From a virus (taxonomy: Duplodnaviria > Caudoviricetes): a stretch of 64,000 nt of DNA. The stretch spans positions 256,001 through 320,000 of IMG/VR virus record IMGVR_UViG_3300037501_000111, one strand, 5' to 3'. Numbering within the stretch: the stretch's first letter is position 1; every line of letters starts with the position of its first letter. Both the position numbers and the translations under genes were made by a program. Shown here in pieces: positions 18,491 to 27,535 of this stretch. The notes below the pieces were generated by a model. That model ran no database searches. It was given only the letters and a program-made list of their open reading frames with translations, and was not told the origin of the DNA.

Positions 18491-18950
18491 GGGAGCCGAA
18501 AGGTGGACCGTCCACTCTACCAGCTAACGAGAGGCGCAATGCTGATGGGCCATGAGGTATTGGCTTACTGCTGGCGGCTCCCATTCATTGCTACAAATTC
18601 CCAAGGTGGGGCGGTTGAGGAAAGCTGACTCCCCGCCCCAAACAATCCTATAAATTATACTGGGAAGTTCTCGTCAGCATACCTGTCAAAAGCCGAAGGT
18701 GTACTGCTAGCCAGGTGACATGACTCACCTGCGATCTTTTCGACCAAAGGGTAGGAACAATACAGGCTAGGTAGCTACTTCGGTAGTCCAACTGTATGCC
18801 CCAAGGTATAGGCTGATCTCTACCGATTGAGCGGGGTAGGAGACAGGGCAGGTATGCTGACGAGAGCTGGCTAGTCCAGCATAGCTGGAATCCTTTCAGG
18901 CTAGTCCAGCATAGCTGGAATCCTTTCAGGCTAGTCCAGCTGTACCACCA
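18491..18950 (+). ncRNA. Candidate large structured non-coding RNA
   Basis: No credible ORF; 22-bp long-range stem (18666-18687 with 18847-18868) enclosing several hairpins; further 8-bp closing stems at 18491/18582 and 18607/18640. Confidence 0.55.
18869..18940 (+). repeat. Tandem repeat, 30-nt unit, about 2.4 copies
   Basis: CTAGTCCAGCATAGCTGGAATCCTTTCAGG at 18871 and 18901, partial copy at 18931. Confidence 0.9.
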
Positions 18951-19446
18951 TCCTAGAGATACCTGCGAGGCCTCTATGGAATCCAGACCGAATTACTTAC
19001 AATTCCGAACTGGATCTCGACAACACGTAGGGGGATCTAATAGGGGGTATAGCAGATATACTCCGGAAGTTGGGGGATGTGGTAAGCCTGGGCTGGGATG
19101 ACGGCTATCACACGGTCACGGTCTCTCAGGTTCACAAGGACGGGACGGTGGATGTCTTCCGTCCCTACACGGCCACGGCTGACTTTTCATGTGCAGGGCG
19201 AGAGGAGGGATCTTCCTCAGTCATCTGCTACGTGGGAATCGAAGAGGTCAAGGGAACACCGGGTCATGAAGTGTAAGCAGAGGCTCCCATTCACGGCAAC
19301 CCGAACGCAACGAACGACCAACATAGAACTCGGATTCTGGTTTGGTTTCATTACACTTCGTACAAGTAATCATGCGCAAGATGCAATAGTATGCCCATCT
19401 TGCGCAGAGAAAAACTCCCATTCACGGCATACGGGAAGCGAAAACC

Positions 19447-20079
19447 ATGAGCGATTCCAAAAAGCCGCGAGCCATGACTCCAAAGGGCTTCCTTGCCAAA
19501 GCGACCAGCACCTCGGCTTCCAGCTCTGCCATGGGTTTCTTGAGGCAGTACCGTGAGTATCTCACCACGGGAGAGGTGGCTGAGAAGACCAGCCCCATCA
19601 TCGCCAAGTACGAAGCTGGCGAGCTTCCTGCTTCTCCGGCTCTCAAAGAGATCCAGTATGCCGTGATGACTCACATCATCAAGGCAGAAGAGGACAAGCT
19701 GAATGCTCCCGCTGCCACTGGTGGCGGAGGCGGGACTCGTAAGCCCTGGCGTTGCACGGTCTACGATGCGGCTGGCAATGTCATGAGCCGAACCAACGCC
19801 AAGGGTGAGGTGGAGGATCTCGTCAAGGGGTTCGATCTCTCTCAGAGGGCCAGCGAGTGGGGCGACCGACGACTCTTCGAGGGGACTCACGGCTGGTATG
19901 CCATCGTGGAGCACACCACCATTCCCAACATCTCCAGCCGAATTGAGCGAGGGGATGCGGTGGCACGCATTCTGAAGCAGCCCAAGGGTCCGGTGGTCCA
20001 GGTCAAGAGCAAGAGCACCAAGGCGATCGGCTTTGGAGTCAAAGTCAAGGAAAGCCGGTCCAGTTTCTCCCGAGGCTAA
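19447..20079 (+). CDS. Hypothetical basic protein
   Basis: 210-aa ORF starting 32 nt after the start of the motif copy at 19415. Confidence 0.75.
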   Translation: MSDSKKPRAMTPKGFLAKATSTSASSSAMGFLRQYREYLTTGEVAEKTSPIIAKYEAGELPASPALKEIQYAVMTHIIKAEEDKLNAPAATGGGGGTRKPWRCTVYDAAGNVMSRTNAKGEVEDLVKGFDLSQRASEWGDRRLFEGTHGWYAIVEHTTIPNISSRIERGDAVARILKQPKGPVVQVKSKSTKAIGFGVKVKESRSSFSRG

Positions 20080-20239
20080 CAAGTCAAGCCCAACCACACA
20101 TAGCAGGAGTGGATTGCAGCCTTAGCTGGTCTAACTATCTGAGACTTTAGTGTCGAGTGGTGGGCGAAAGTCTTGGGGCGAGACTATAAAGCGCCCCAAT
20201 TTCTTCGCTCCCATTCACGACTAGCTCGGCGGTAAAGCC

Positions 20240-20701
20240 ATGACGAAGCGAGCATACGACAAGGTTCCTGTCTATAGCCTGCAAGTTGTCAAGGAGCGTA
20301 CTCTCAAGTACCCTGCTGACAAGGTGCCTCACCACATGGCAGCCGCAGCGGTCTTTCAAGCCTACCTGGAAGACAAGGCTTGTGAGCACTTGGCAATCCT
20401 TCTGTTGGATGGGCAATCCAAGATGATTGGAATTGCCACCATCACCATCGGTGGGCTGGATCGCCTGTCTTGCTCAGTCCGAAGTGTCTTTGAGCACGTC
20501 ATTGGTGGGCGGGCTCATGGCTTCATCCTGGGACATAACCATCCCAGCGGTAATGTCCAACCTTCTCCTGAGGATCTGGTTTTCACTCAGAGGGTGATGG
20601 AGGCTAGCGAAATCATTGGGGTTCCCATGCTGGACCACATCATCATCTCGTCTAGCACCAATCGGGACTCTTTGTCTTTCTTGGACAAGGGTTTGTTGTA
20701 A
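20240..20701 (+). CDS. RadC-like JAB/MPN domain protein
   Basis: E-x-x-ILLLD, HNHPSG-x4-S-x2-D, LDHIII. Confidence 0.9.
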   Translation: MTKRAYDKVPVYSLQVVKERTLKYPADKVPHHMAAAAVFQAYLEDKACEHLAILLLDGQSKMIGIATITIGGLDRLSCSVRSVFEHVIGGRAHGFILGHNHPSGNVQPSPEDLVFTQRVMEASEIIGVPMLDHIIISSSTNRDSLSFLDKGLL

Positions 20702-20836
20702 GGCGGGACGCCTTCGGTAGTTCCCATTCACGGCACATCGCAAACGAAGCTCGGCCCGCTCCCGTCGTCAGATGGGGCGGGCTTGAGGCATTGAAAGAAA
20801 GGGAGCTGTTGCTCCCCATAACACAGGAGCAAAACA

Positions 20837-21013
20837 ATGGAAAACGTCAAGATGTTGGTCAACGGAACGAAGCTCACCATCGAGGTTGATCTCGCCCATC
20901 GTGGTGCGAAGTCTTCCACGGGCAAGACGATTCGAGTGGCGAGCACGGAGGGCAACGTGGAGTGTCCCGAGCACCCGGCCATCAAGGTCGGTCTGAATGT
21001 GTTTACGAAGTAA
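20837..21013 (+). CDS. Small beta-rich protein (ASTEGN family), copy 2
   Basis: AGGAG RBS; MENVKMLVNGTKLTIEVDL, TGKTIRVASTEGNV, KVGLNVFTK. Confidence 0.8.
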   Translation: MENVKMLVNGTKLTIEVDLAHRGAKSSTGKTIRVASTEGNVECPEHPAIKVGLNVFTK

Positions 21014-21089
21014 TTCGTAGAACACGCTATCAAGGTTAGTGGCCCCGTAACCTTGATAACAGATGATATATAGTTTCTTAGGAGACTAT

Positions 21090-21430
21090 ATGTCAGAGGA
21101 TTCAAACCGGGGCCAAAAGTTAGAAGCCCATAGAAAAGCAGCTAGAGAATGGGCAAAGCGAGACTACGAGAAAAACAGGAGATGCTAGAGTTGTCATGCG
21201 AAAGAAATGGCGACATGAGCACCCTGAATATGTCTTGCTAAGAAACGCCAAGAGGCGTGCAAAAGAAAAAGGGTTAGAGTTTACCCTAACGGCAGAAGAT
21301 ATCCACATACCTGAAGTTTGTCCTTTACTCGGCATTTTTATTCACCGTAATCTGAATGGCGATAAAGCAACGCCTAACAGTCCGACGTTGGATAGGATTG
21401 ATTCAAGTAAAGGTTATACGAAGGATGGAG
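21090..21430 (+). pseudogene. Truncated His-Me/HNH-type endonuclease
   Basis: LLRNAKRRAKEKGLEF, IPEVCPLLG, SPTLDRIDSSKGYTKD; stops before the usual terminal N-x-x-K helix; frameshift near 21180. Confidence 0.65.
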
Positions 21431-21438
21431 AGAGAACG

Positions 21439-21699
21439 ATGATCGCAATGCAGTCCGGTATGAAAGGTACGCTGACCGTCCAAGGAATCCCTTGGATGTA
21501 CCTCAGCTACAACTCCAAGGTGGGCTTTGGTTTTGGCCGACATGCCATCATCTTTGACCTTCTGGCCAATTGCTACGTCATCAAAGAAAACGGAGAGACC
21601 GTTTTCGGATCAGGTTCCGTCTCAGAATGTTTGGAGCAAGCGGCTCCGATCGTCTGGGACTACTACGCCAACCAATTCACACCGTCCTGGGAAAAATGA
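21439..21699 (+). CDS. Hypothetical protein
   Basis: GGAGAG RBS before the ATG at 21439; codon style differs from the preceding endonuclease part. Confidence 0.6.
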   Translation: MIAMQSGMKGTLTVQGIPWMYLSYNSKVGFGFGRHAIIFDLLANCYVIKENGETVFGSGSVSECLEQAAPIVWDYYANQFTPSWEK

Positions 21700-22040
21700 A
21701 ACAGAACATGATTTGCTACAACTGCAATATTGTGCTTGGTGAATGCAATGTTCGTTCCGAGAACTACACACGAGTTGGACTCCAAGTGGAGCGTTTCATT
21801 CGTGAGTATTCTCAATGCGAGATTCGCAGCGGCCAGAATGGTGGCCTCTTCAAGCGCTCGGCTGCGGGCGAAACGGAGACTCCCGAGGAAAAGAAAAAGC
21901 GGGAGTACAACGAGAACCCAAAGAACTTCGAGGCTATCAGGCCAGTATACTGTGAAGCCTGTGGGTGCACGTACAAGAATGGATGTAGCACACACCCATC
22001 CAATGTACAGATTCCACTGGTGAAACCGGCCAAGAAGTAA
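21696..22040 (+). CDS. Small Zn-binding hypothetical protein
   Basis: CYNC and CEACGC; ATGA overlap. Confidence 0.65.
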   Translation: MKQNMICYNCNIVLGECNVRSENYTRVGLQVERFIREYSQCEIRSGQNGGLFKRSAAGETETPEEKKKREYNENPKNFEAIRPVYCEACGCTYKNGCSTHPSNVQIPLVKPAKK

Positions 22041-22129
22041 CGAACGAACGGCGCTCCCATTCACGGGGCGGCGGTGACGAAAACCGGGCAATCGCCCCAA
22101 CAAGAAACAAAGCAACAGGAGAATCGAAC

Positions 22130-22576
22130 ATGGCATGGGACAAGACGCCCGCTCAAAAGGATGCGGTCAAGGCGTTTCTGGTGACGGTGGATGGCAAGGT
22201 GGACCTGGAGGCCAGCGTGGAGAAGTACCGCGCGGTGTGTCGCCAGTATCTCGCCGGGCAGACGGCAGAGCAGGATCTGATCGCTCTCTGCATGGCGGAG
22301 CTGTTCGACCAGGCTCGTGGTGGCACCCGCAACATCGACTACATCAAGAGCCAGACGGTTCAGCTCATGGCCAAGCGCCACCCGGAGCTGGCTGATCCGA
22401 CTCTCTTCGCCATGCTGAGCGGTCGAGTGGAGGACTACCTCCACGCCAACTGCGACCAGCCGGCGGTGGCGGCCAAGGGCAACAAGCCTGCTCGTGAGGC
22501 CATCACGGGTCGGACGTACGCCAAGAAGATGGGCCAGGGCGGTGGCTTCTATCGGAAGTCCGACTACAAGGGCTGA
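22130..22576 (+). CDS. Winged-helix-like family protein (KGxGGG family), copy 1
   Basis: AGGAGA RBS; DGKVDLEAS, FAMLSGRV, KMGQGGG; similar to 30559 and 58013. Confidence 0.75.
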   Translation: MAWDKTPAQKDAVKAFLVTVDGKVDLEASVEKYRAVCRQYLAGQTAEQDLIALCMAELFDQARGGTRNIDYIKSQTVQLMAKRHPELADPTLFAMLSGRVEDYLHANCDQPAVAAKGNKPAREAITGRTYAKKMGQGGGFYRKSDYKG

Positions 22577-22733
22577 GGATAAGTGACCCCAAGGTGGAGC
22601 TGATCCACTTTCTCAAGAAATGGCTCCATCACAAGGCAGCCGATATTCTGCCAGCCCATCGATGATCTGGTGGAACGCCTGAAGGCTTGCTGGACTCGTC
22701 AGTGGTGTAAGGAAAACACGCCCAAGCATTGAG

Positions 22734-22960
22734 GCGTGGAACGGAATCGGGTTTGGTGTAAGAGGCTGGCCAGTTGACAACGGATCAACGCAGCTAATCC
22801 CAAGTCAAAAACACCCTTTGTTTCCTGATTGGAATAGCGCCACTCTCCCTGACAAAGACAGAGGAACGGTTAGCCAAATGGTCATGGTGAGTACGTTCGG
22901 GAGCATCTAGTGGAACTGACCAACCACTAAGACTATGGGTTCGACTCCCATTCACGGACA
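22734..22960 (+). ncRNA. Candidate structured RNA ending in a tRNA T-arm-like hairpin
   Basis: No ORF; nested stems, a possible pseudoknot (TGGTCA/TGACCA with TAGTGG/CCACTA) and ATGGG-TTCGACT-CCCAT. Confidence 0.4.
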
Positions 22961-23011
22961 AGCGTTCGTGATGCTAGATGAGAGTGACGCTATTCTGCTC
23001 AGGAGATAGTC

Positions 23012-24038
23012 ATGTGCCCGCACAACACTGACAGCCATATCGAGTTATCCAAACTTCCCGCCCTCATCAAAGAGAAGGGATGGTCATGCTCAGAGATTCG
23101 TGGTTACTACGCCCACACTGAGCCTGGATGTTGGTTGCAGGGAGATTCTGGTTACGAGCGTAACGGTACTGCATTCCAAGTCATCGCACGAGAAGATGAC
23201 TTGAAAGTCAGAGTTGGATGGCCAGGACAATTTACCACCACCTATACTTGCTTCTCTGCAATGCAGGTGATGTGGTGGTTGGAGAGGATTCTGGCTTGTC
23301 GCACCTACAATGGTGAGCAGCGTAATGAATGCAAGCGCTGTGACCAAGAACCAGCTAATCAAGTGAGCTGAGATGAAAGAGCTATCTTCTATATTCTTTC
23401 TTTTAGTTGGGTGTTCAGCTAGCTCTGAGCCAATCGTTCACGATGGTCAGGATAGTGGATGTGATGATGCTTTCACAATGGAGGATGCTGAAACGTCCTC
23501 TTCTCGCGCGAACGAGTCAACTACCTCAGATGCATCATCAGGTGGTGGCAACAACACCAACCCTCCAACTCAAGGTTGTTGCAAGTGGTACAACAAAACT
23601 TGCGTACAACCATGTGTTAGATAAAGCACAACTGGTGGACCAGATCACTGGGGAGAACATGTGTTGTGCAGTGGAACAATGGGCTACCAGAGAGTCTGGC
23701 CTGATGAAGTTCCACATAAAGACAAGTTGACTCTTGCAGTGGTTACAAGACGCATTACAGAAGTAAAGGCCGTCATGAAGGAATCGTTTTACTTGGCTCT
23801 CGGTCTTTGGCTGCTGGTAGTTGGTTGCCTGAAACCACTTCCTTCTGAGACCACTCCAGTAATGATAGTTGAGATCAAACCTCTTCCTCCAACTAAGGTC
23901 TATGGTGAGATTGTTTCAGTAGAGATAATCGAATCGCCTATCAAGACCTGGCTATCTAAAGAAGAGATAGAAGAGAAACGCCTTCAACAAAAAAATCCTT
24001 GTGCGAAAGGCGACCCACTCTGCGATGTCATTCCCTAA
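23012..24038 (+). CDS. Block of small genes: 23012-23371; lipoprotein-like 23373-23624 and 23775-24038
   Basis: Adjacent ORFs; LVGC and VVGC lipobox-like leaders. Confidence 0.6.
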
Positions 24039-24201
24039 CCTCACACACGTAGCCATCAGACAGGGTGGAGTTGTATAATCCTTACCTTCTCCTAATAGAC
24101 ACCTCACTGGTACGAACACAACGGAGATATTTGCTCCTATTGTGAGGAACACAATTACCAGTGAGGGGCTCCCATTCACCGCACGAACGAGGAACGAAAC
24201 C

Positions 24202-24594
24202 ATGAGTGATATCATCGAATTGACGTACAAGAATGATGAGGCTGAGGAAATTACCCTGAAGGTTCCGTCCAAGATGGAAGTCTGCTATGACTGTGAAGGT
24301 CATGGCACGGTTCTCAACGAATCGATGCGGTATCATGCTTATACCTCGGAAGACGAGGAGATGCATGATCCGGAATTCCTTGAGGAATACTTCAAGCGGG
24401 GCGGAATCTATGATGTCCAGTGTCCGACTTGCAAGGGCAAGAATGTCCTTGCGGTTCCTGACGAAGAGGCCATCAACAAGAACGAAGCACTCAAGGCCGA
24501 ATACGAGAAGTACACGGAGTGGAAGGAAGATTCGGACCGTGCTGATGCAGAGTATGAGGCTCTGTGTCGGATGGAACGGATGATGGGCTGCTAA
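24202..24594 (+). CDS. DnaJ-type zinc-finger (CxxCxGxG) small protein
   Basis: CYDCEGHG and CPTCKGKN; GAGG RBS after the motif at 24169. Confidence 0.75.
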   Translation: MSDIIELTYKNDEAEEITLKVPSKMEVCYDCEGHGTVLNESMRYHAYTSEDEEMHDPEFLEEYFKRGGIYDVQCPTCKGKNVLAVPDEEAINKNEALKAEYEKYTEWKEDSDRADAEYEALCRMERMMGC

Positions 24595-25599
24595 ATGGAC
24601 ATCCATGAGCTGTCGCTAACGATGGGTCGTCCCGTGGCGGTAATGGGTTTGGATGGCGACAACGATAAGCACATTATGGTTGTTGTTTGTTTGAATCCGC
24701 CCGAAGCCTACGTCAACAAAGACAACAAGCATATTGGTCACATCATCGCAGCCAAAGTAGTCCCGGTCAAGGATGCTGCAATCCTTTCGGAACGAGAACA
24801 TACGGCAGTTATCAGGGCACACTTTGCCTTGAAGGTTGCTTTAGAGGGCGCATATGCTGTACCACCTCCTGATCAATACTGCTAATCTCATCTACCTCGC
24901 ATCCTATACTGCCAAAGACATCAAGTTTTTGCGATGGTTGACGATTGCTGGCATCATCCTTCTGATTCCCTACTACCTGTATACTATGGTCTTTAGGAAG
25001 CAACCGCCTCCAAAGAGTCACATACAGATGGTATCTTTTGGCAAGATCCATCTGGTCATCTAGTCCATATTTCTGGATGGTACAACCGAGTCCAAATCAG
25101 CAATCGCTATGACACTCTCTGGTCTTACGCTCAAAATTGAGATGTCCAAGAAGAAGAAGAAGAAACACGAGCCGCCTAAAAAGCATCGTAAGTACATTCT
25201 CATTGAGGGGTATGTACTCAATGAAAAAACTGGTGAGTTGGAACCATACTATAAAAAAGTATATCCTAAACACAAGGTATAGCGGCTCCCATTCACCGCA
25301 CGTCGGGAGCAACCGTCATGAGCGAACTACGAAGGAGCACTATCAGACGTCTCCGAGAAGAACGAAATGAGCTTCAAAAGAGAGTCTACGCTCTCAATGA
25401 CTCTATCAAAGAGTTGCAACTACTAGAAGACAAGGAACAACATCCTTGTACATGTGTAAAGCTCAATGGTGACATTGAGATTTATAACATGCAAGAACAA
25501 GAGCGACGTGGAAGGGTTCCTTTGGACTTAGGATTGGTCTCAGAGTGCCTAAGTGCTCGTAAAGACTGCCCTATCTGTAAGGGAACTGGCAAGCCATGA
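24595..25599 (+). CDS. Block of small hypothetical genes (24595-24885, 25318-25599 and fragments)
   Basis: Contiguous ORFs; 25318 follows the motif at 25286 and has a CxC...CxxC tail. Confidence 0.55.
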
Positions 25600-26183
25600 A
25601 TCATTGGTTTATCAGCGATACCCACTTTGGGCATGCGAACATCATCAAATATTCCAATCGTCCTTTCAAGGATGTGGATGAGATGAATGAGTTGATGATC
25701 CAAGAGTGGAACAAGTTGGTCAAGCCAAATGATGCGGTCTACCATAACGGTGACTTTGCATTCATGACTTTCGACAAGTTTCGCCTGATGCATCGGCGCC
25801 TCAATGGAGATATCTATCTCCAGCTTGGTAATCATGACAAGATGATTATCCAGCATAAGACGGATCTTCTCAAGCAAGGGAAGATTGTCAGCATCGAAAA
25901 CTACCGCGAGTTGAAGATAGGTGGTCACATGATCGTCCTCTTTCACTACGGTCAAAGAGTGTGGAACAAGTCGCATCACGGAAGTATCCATCTCTATGGA
26001 CATTCCCACGGTTCATTGCCACCATTTGGCAAGTCAGTAGATGCCGGTGTAGACTGCAAAGAGATCACTCACGAGTATCGGCCGATTCACTTGGACGAAG
26101 TACTCAAGTACATGTCTAAGCGAGAACAATCAGTAGTCGATCATCACGGTACTCGTGACGAAATGGGCAGCAAGGAAGACTGA
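25596..26183 (+). CDS. Calcineurin-like metallophosphoesterase
   Basis: SDTHFGH, GDF, GNHD, FHY, GHSH. Confidence 0.92.
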   Translation: MNHWFISDTHFGHANIIKYSNRPFKDVDEMNELMIQEWNKLVKPNDAVYHNGDFAFMTFDKFRLMHRRLNGDIYLQLGNHDKMIIQHKTDLLKQGKIVSIENYRELKIGGHMIVLFHYGQRVWNKSHHGSIHLYGHSHGSLPPFGKSVDAGVDCKEITHEYRPIHLDEVLKYMSKREQSVVDHHGTRDEMGSKED

Positions 26184-26184
26184 G

Positions 26185-26674
26185 ATGACTCATTCCGACT
26201 TCAAGATTGGCGAAACATTCTTCACATCCAATGGATGGCAATGGTTGTGTACCGACAAGGGAACACGAGTGATTGTTGCCGTCCATATAGAAGAAGGACG
26301 TGACCCATCTTGGTTGAGCGGGCCTCCTTACGCAGTAGCTGAGGTGGTATTCGATGAGCACGACTTCTCTTCCTGCACCCAAACGCCATAAAAACAAACC
26401 TAATCTCAACCTGTGCCGGTCATTCCATGAGTAACGTTCTCAAAATCGAAAACCATAAGTCAATTCTGAGTGCTTCTCGAATCGTTTGGTCAGAAGGCTG
26501 CGCCCCATGCGTGTGGTTCTTCGTGATAACGGTGGAGAATTCGTTACTCATCTGGAAGTTTTGGACTTGGAGGATGGTACTTTCAAGCACAGCGATTTTC
26601 TACATGGTCACTACTTCGGCAAAGATGGTAATAAGGCTATGGCCGATTACCAAGAGCGCCGGGCGAAGCTGTAG
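26185..26674 (+). CDS. Two small hypothetical genes (26185-26391, 26486-26674)
   Basis: ORF track and codon style. Confidence 0.55.
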
Positions 26675-26707
26675 GCTCCCATTCACGGTTCGCGGTTGGA
26701 GGGCGGC

Positions 26708-27535
26708 ATGAGCAAGTTTCTTCTGACTGACTGGGAAATCAATGGGTACGATGACTCTGACTTCATGGCATCGTACTATGATGATAAGACCAATACCATC
26801 GGATTCACCTGCTACGGCAGTACCCGATATCCATCTGCTACTGTTATCGGTCATAACACCGATGGTTCTACTTCGGTAGTGGTGGATGGTGAGAATCTTC
26901 TCATGCCCAACTCTGATACGGTTGAGAAGGCTCGTTTGGTTCTGGAAGAAAACATCTTTCAACGTCTCACTAAGACTGACAAGCGCTTGGTGGATGAACC
27001 TGATGTGGAGGATCTCTCTAAGGGCCTTCGTGTTCGGCTGACTGCCAATGCTCGTATGCAGGTTCGCGCTCTGGAGCCTTGCAATAAGTGCAATGGTTCT
27101 GGTAAATGGGTCAATCCTCGACGAGAGACTGACATTCGTGACTGTTTCTCTTGTGGTGGTTCTGGTCAGCACAAGGGCGCCAAGGTCAAAGGCGAGGATG
27201 GTAAGCAGGCTTACGAGACTCTGCCTGCCGGACTTACAGGTACCGTGGTGGATTGGAACAGCTTCGGCCAGTTCTACGCTTCGGGCTATAACAAGCCCAA
27301 TCGACACAACACTACAGTTCAGTTCCGTACAGACCATGGCAAGGTAGTCCGGGCTAGTCTGTCCAAGTTGCGGCTGGATCGCGACTATCAACCTGCTGAG
27401 TCCCTTCGTGAGAGAGCTAAGAAGCTCTCTTTCGATTATCAGTTCAGCGCTCTGTATCCTCGTTTTGCGTGGGATACTCGGAACTATGCGATGCAGGTAG
27501 CAAAAAAACATGAGAACCAGATTCATTCTGCCTAA
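26708..27535 (+). CDS. Hypothetical protein with a DnaJ-type zinc finger
   Basis: CNKCNGSG and CFSCGGSG; GGAGG RBS after the motif at 26676. Confidence 0.75.
   Translation: MSKFLLTDWEINGYDDSDFMASYYDDKTNTIGFTCYGSTRYPSATVIGHNTDGSTSVVVDGENLLMPNSDTVEKARLVLEENIFQRLTKTDKRLVDEPDVEDLSKGLRVRLTANARMQVRALEPCNKCNGSGKWVNPRRETDIRDCFSCGGSGQHKGAKVKGEDGKQAYETLPAGLTGTVVDWNSFGQFYASGYNKPNRHNTTVQFRTDHGKVVRASLSKLRLDRDYQPAESLRERAKKLSFDYQFSALYPRFAWDTRNYAMQVAKKHENQIHSA

Noticed and set aside
18491-18582. Hammerhead ribozyme (GAAA and CTGATG present)
   Set aside because: The core reads CTGATGG, and stems I and III cannot form in the register needed for a valid NUH cleavage site.
18600-18870. RNase P RNA (GAGGAAAG resembles conserved region I)
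   Set aside because: No matching P4 partner or conserved regions II-V could be found.
18869-18940. CRISPR array
   Set aside because: The 30-nt units are directly adjacent with no spacers, and no cas genes are in the window.
21196-21699. 167-aa endonuclease fusion ORF
   Set aside because: Better explained as a truncated endonuclease abutting a separate gene with its own RBS and ATG at 21439.
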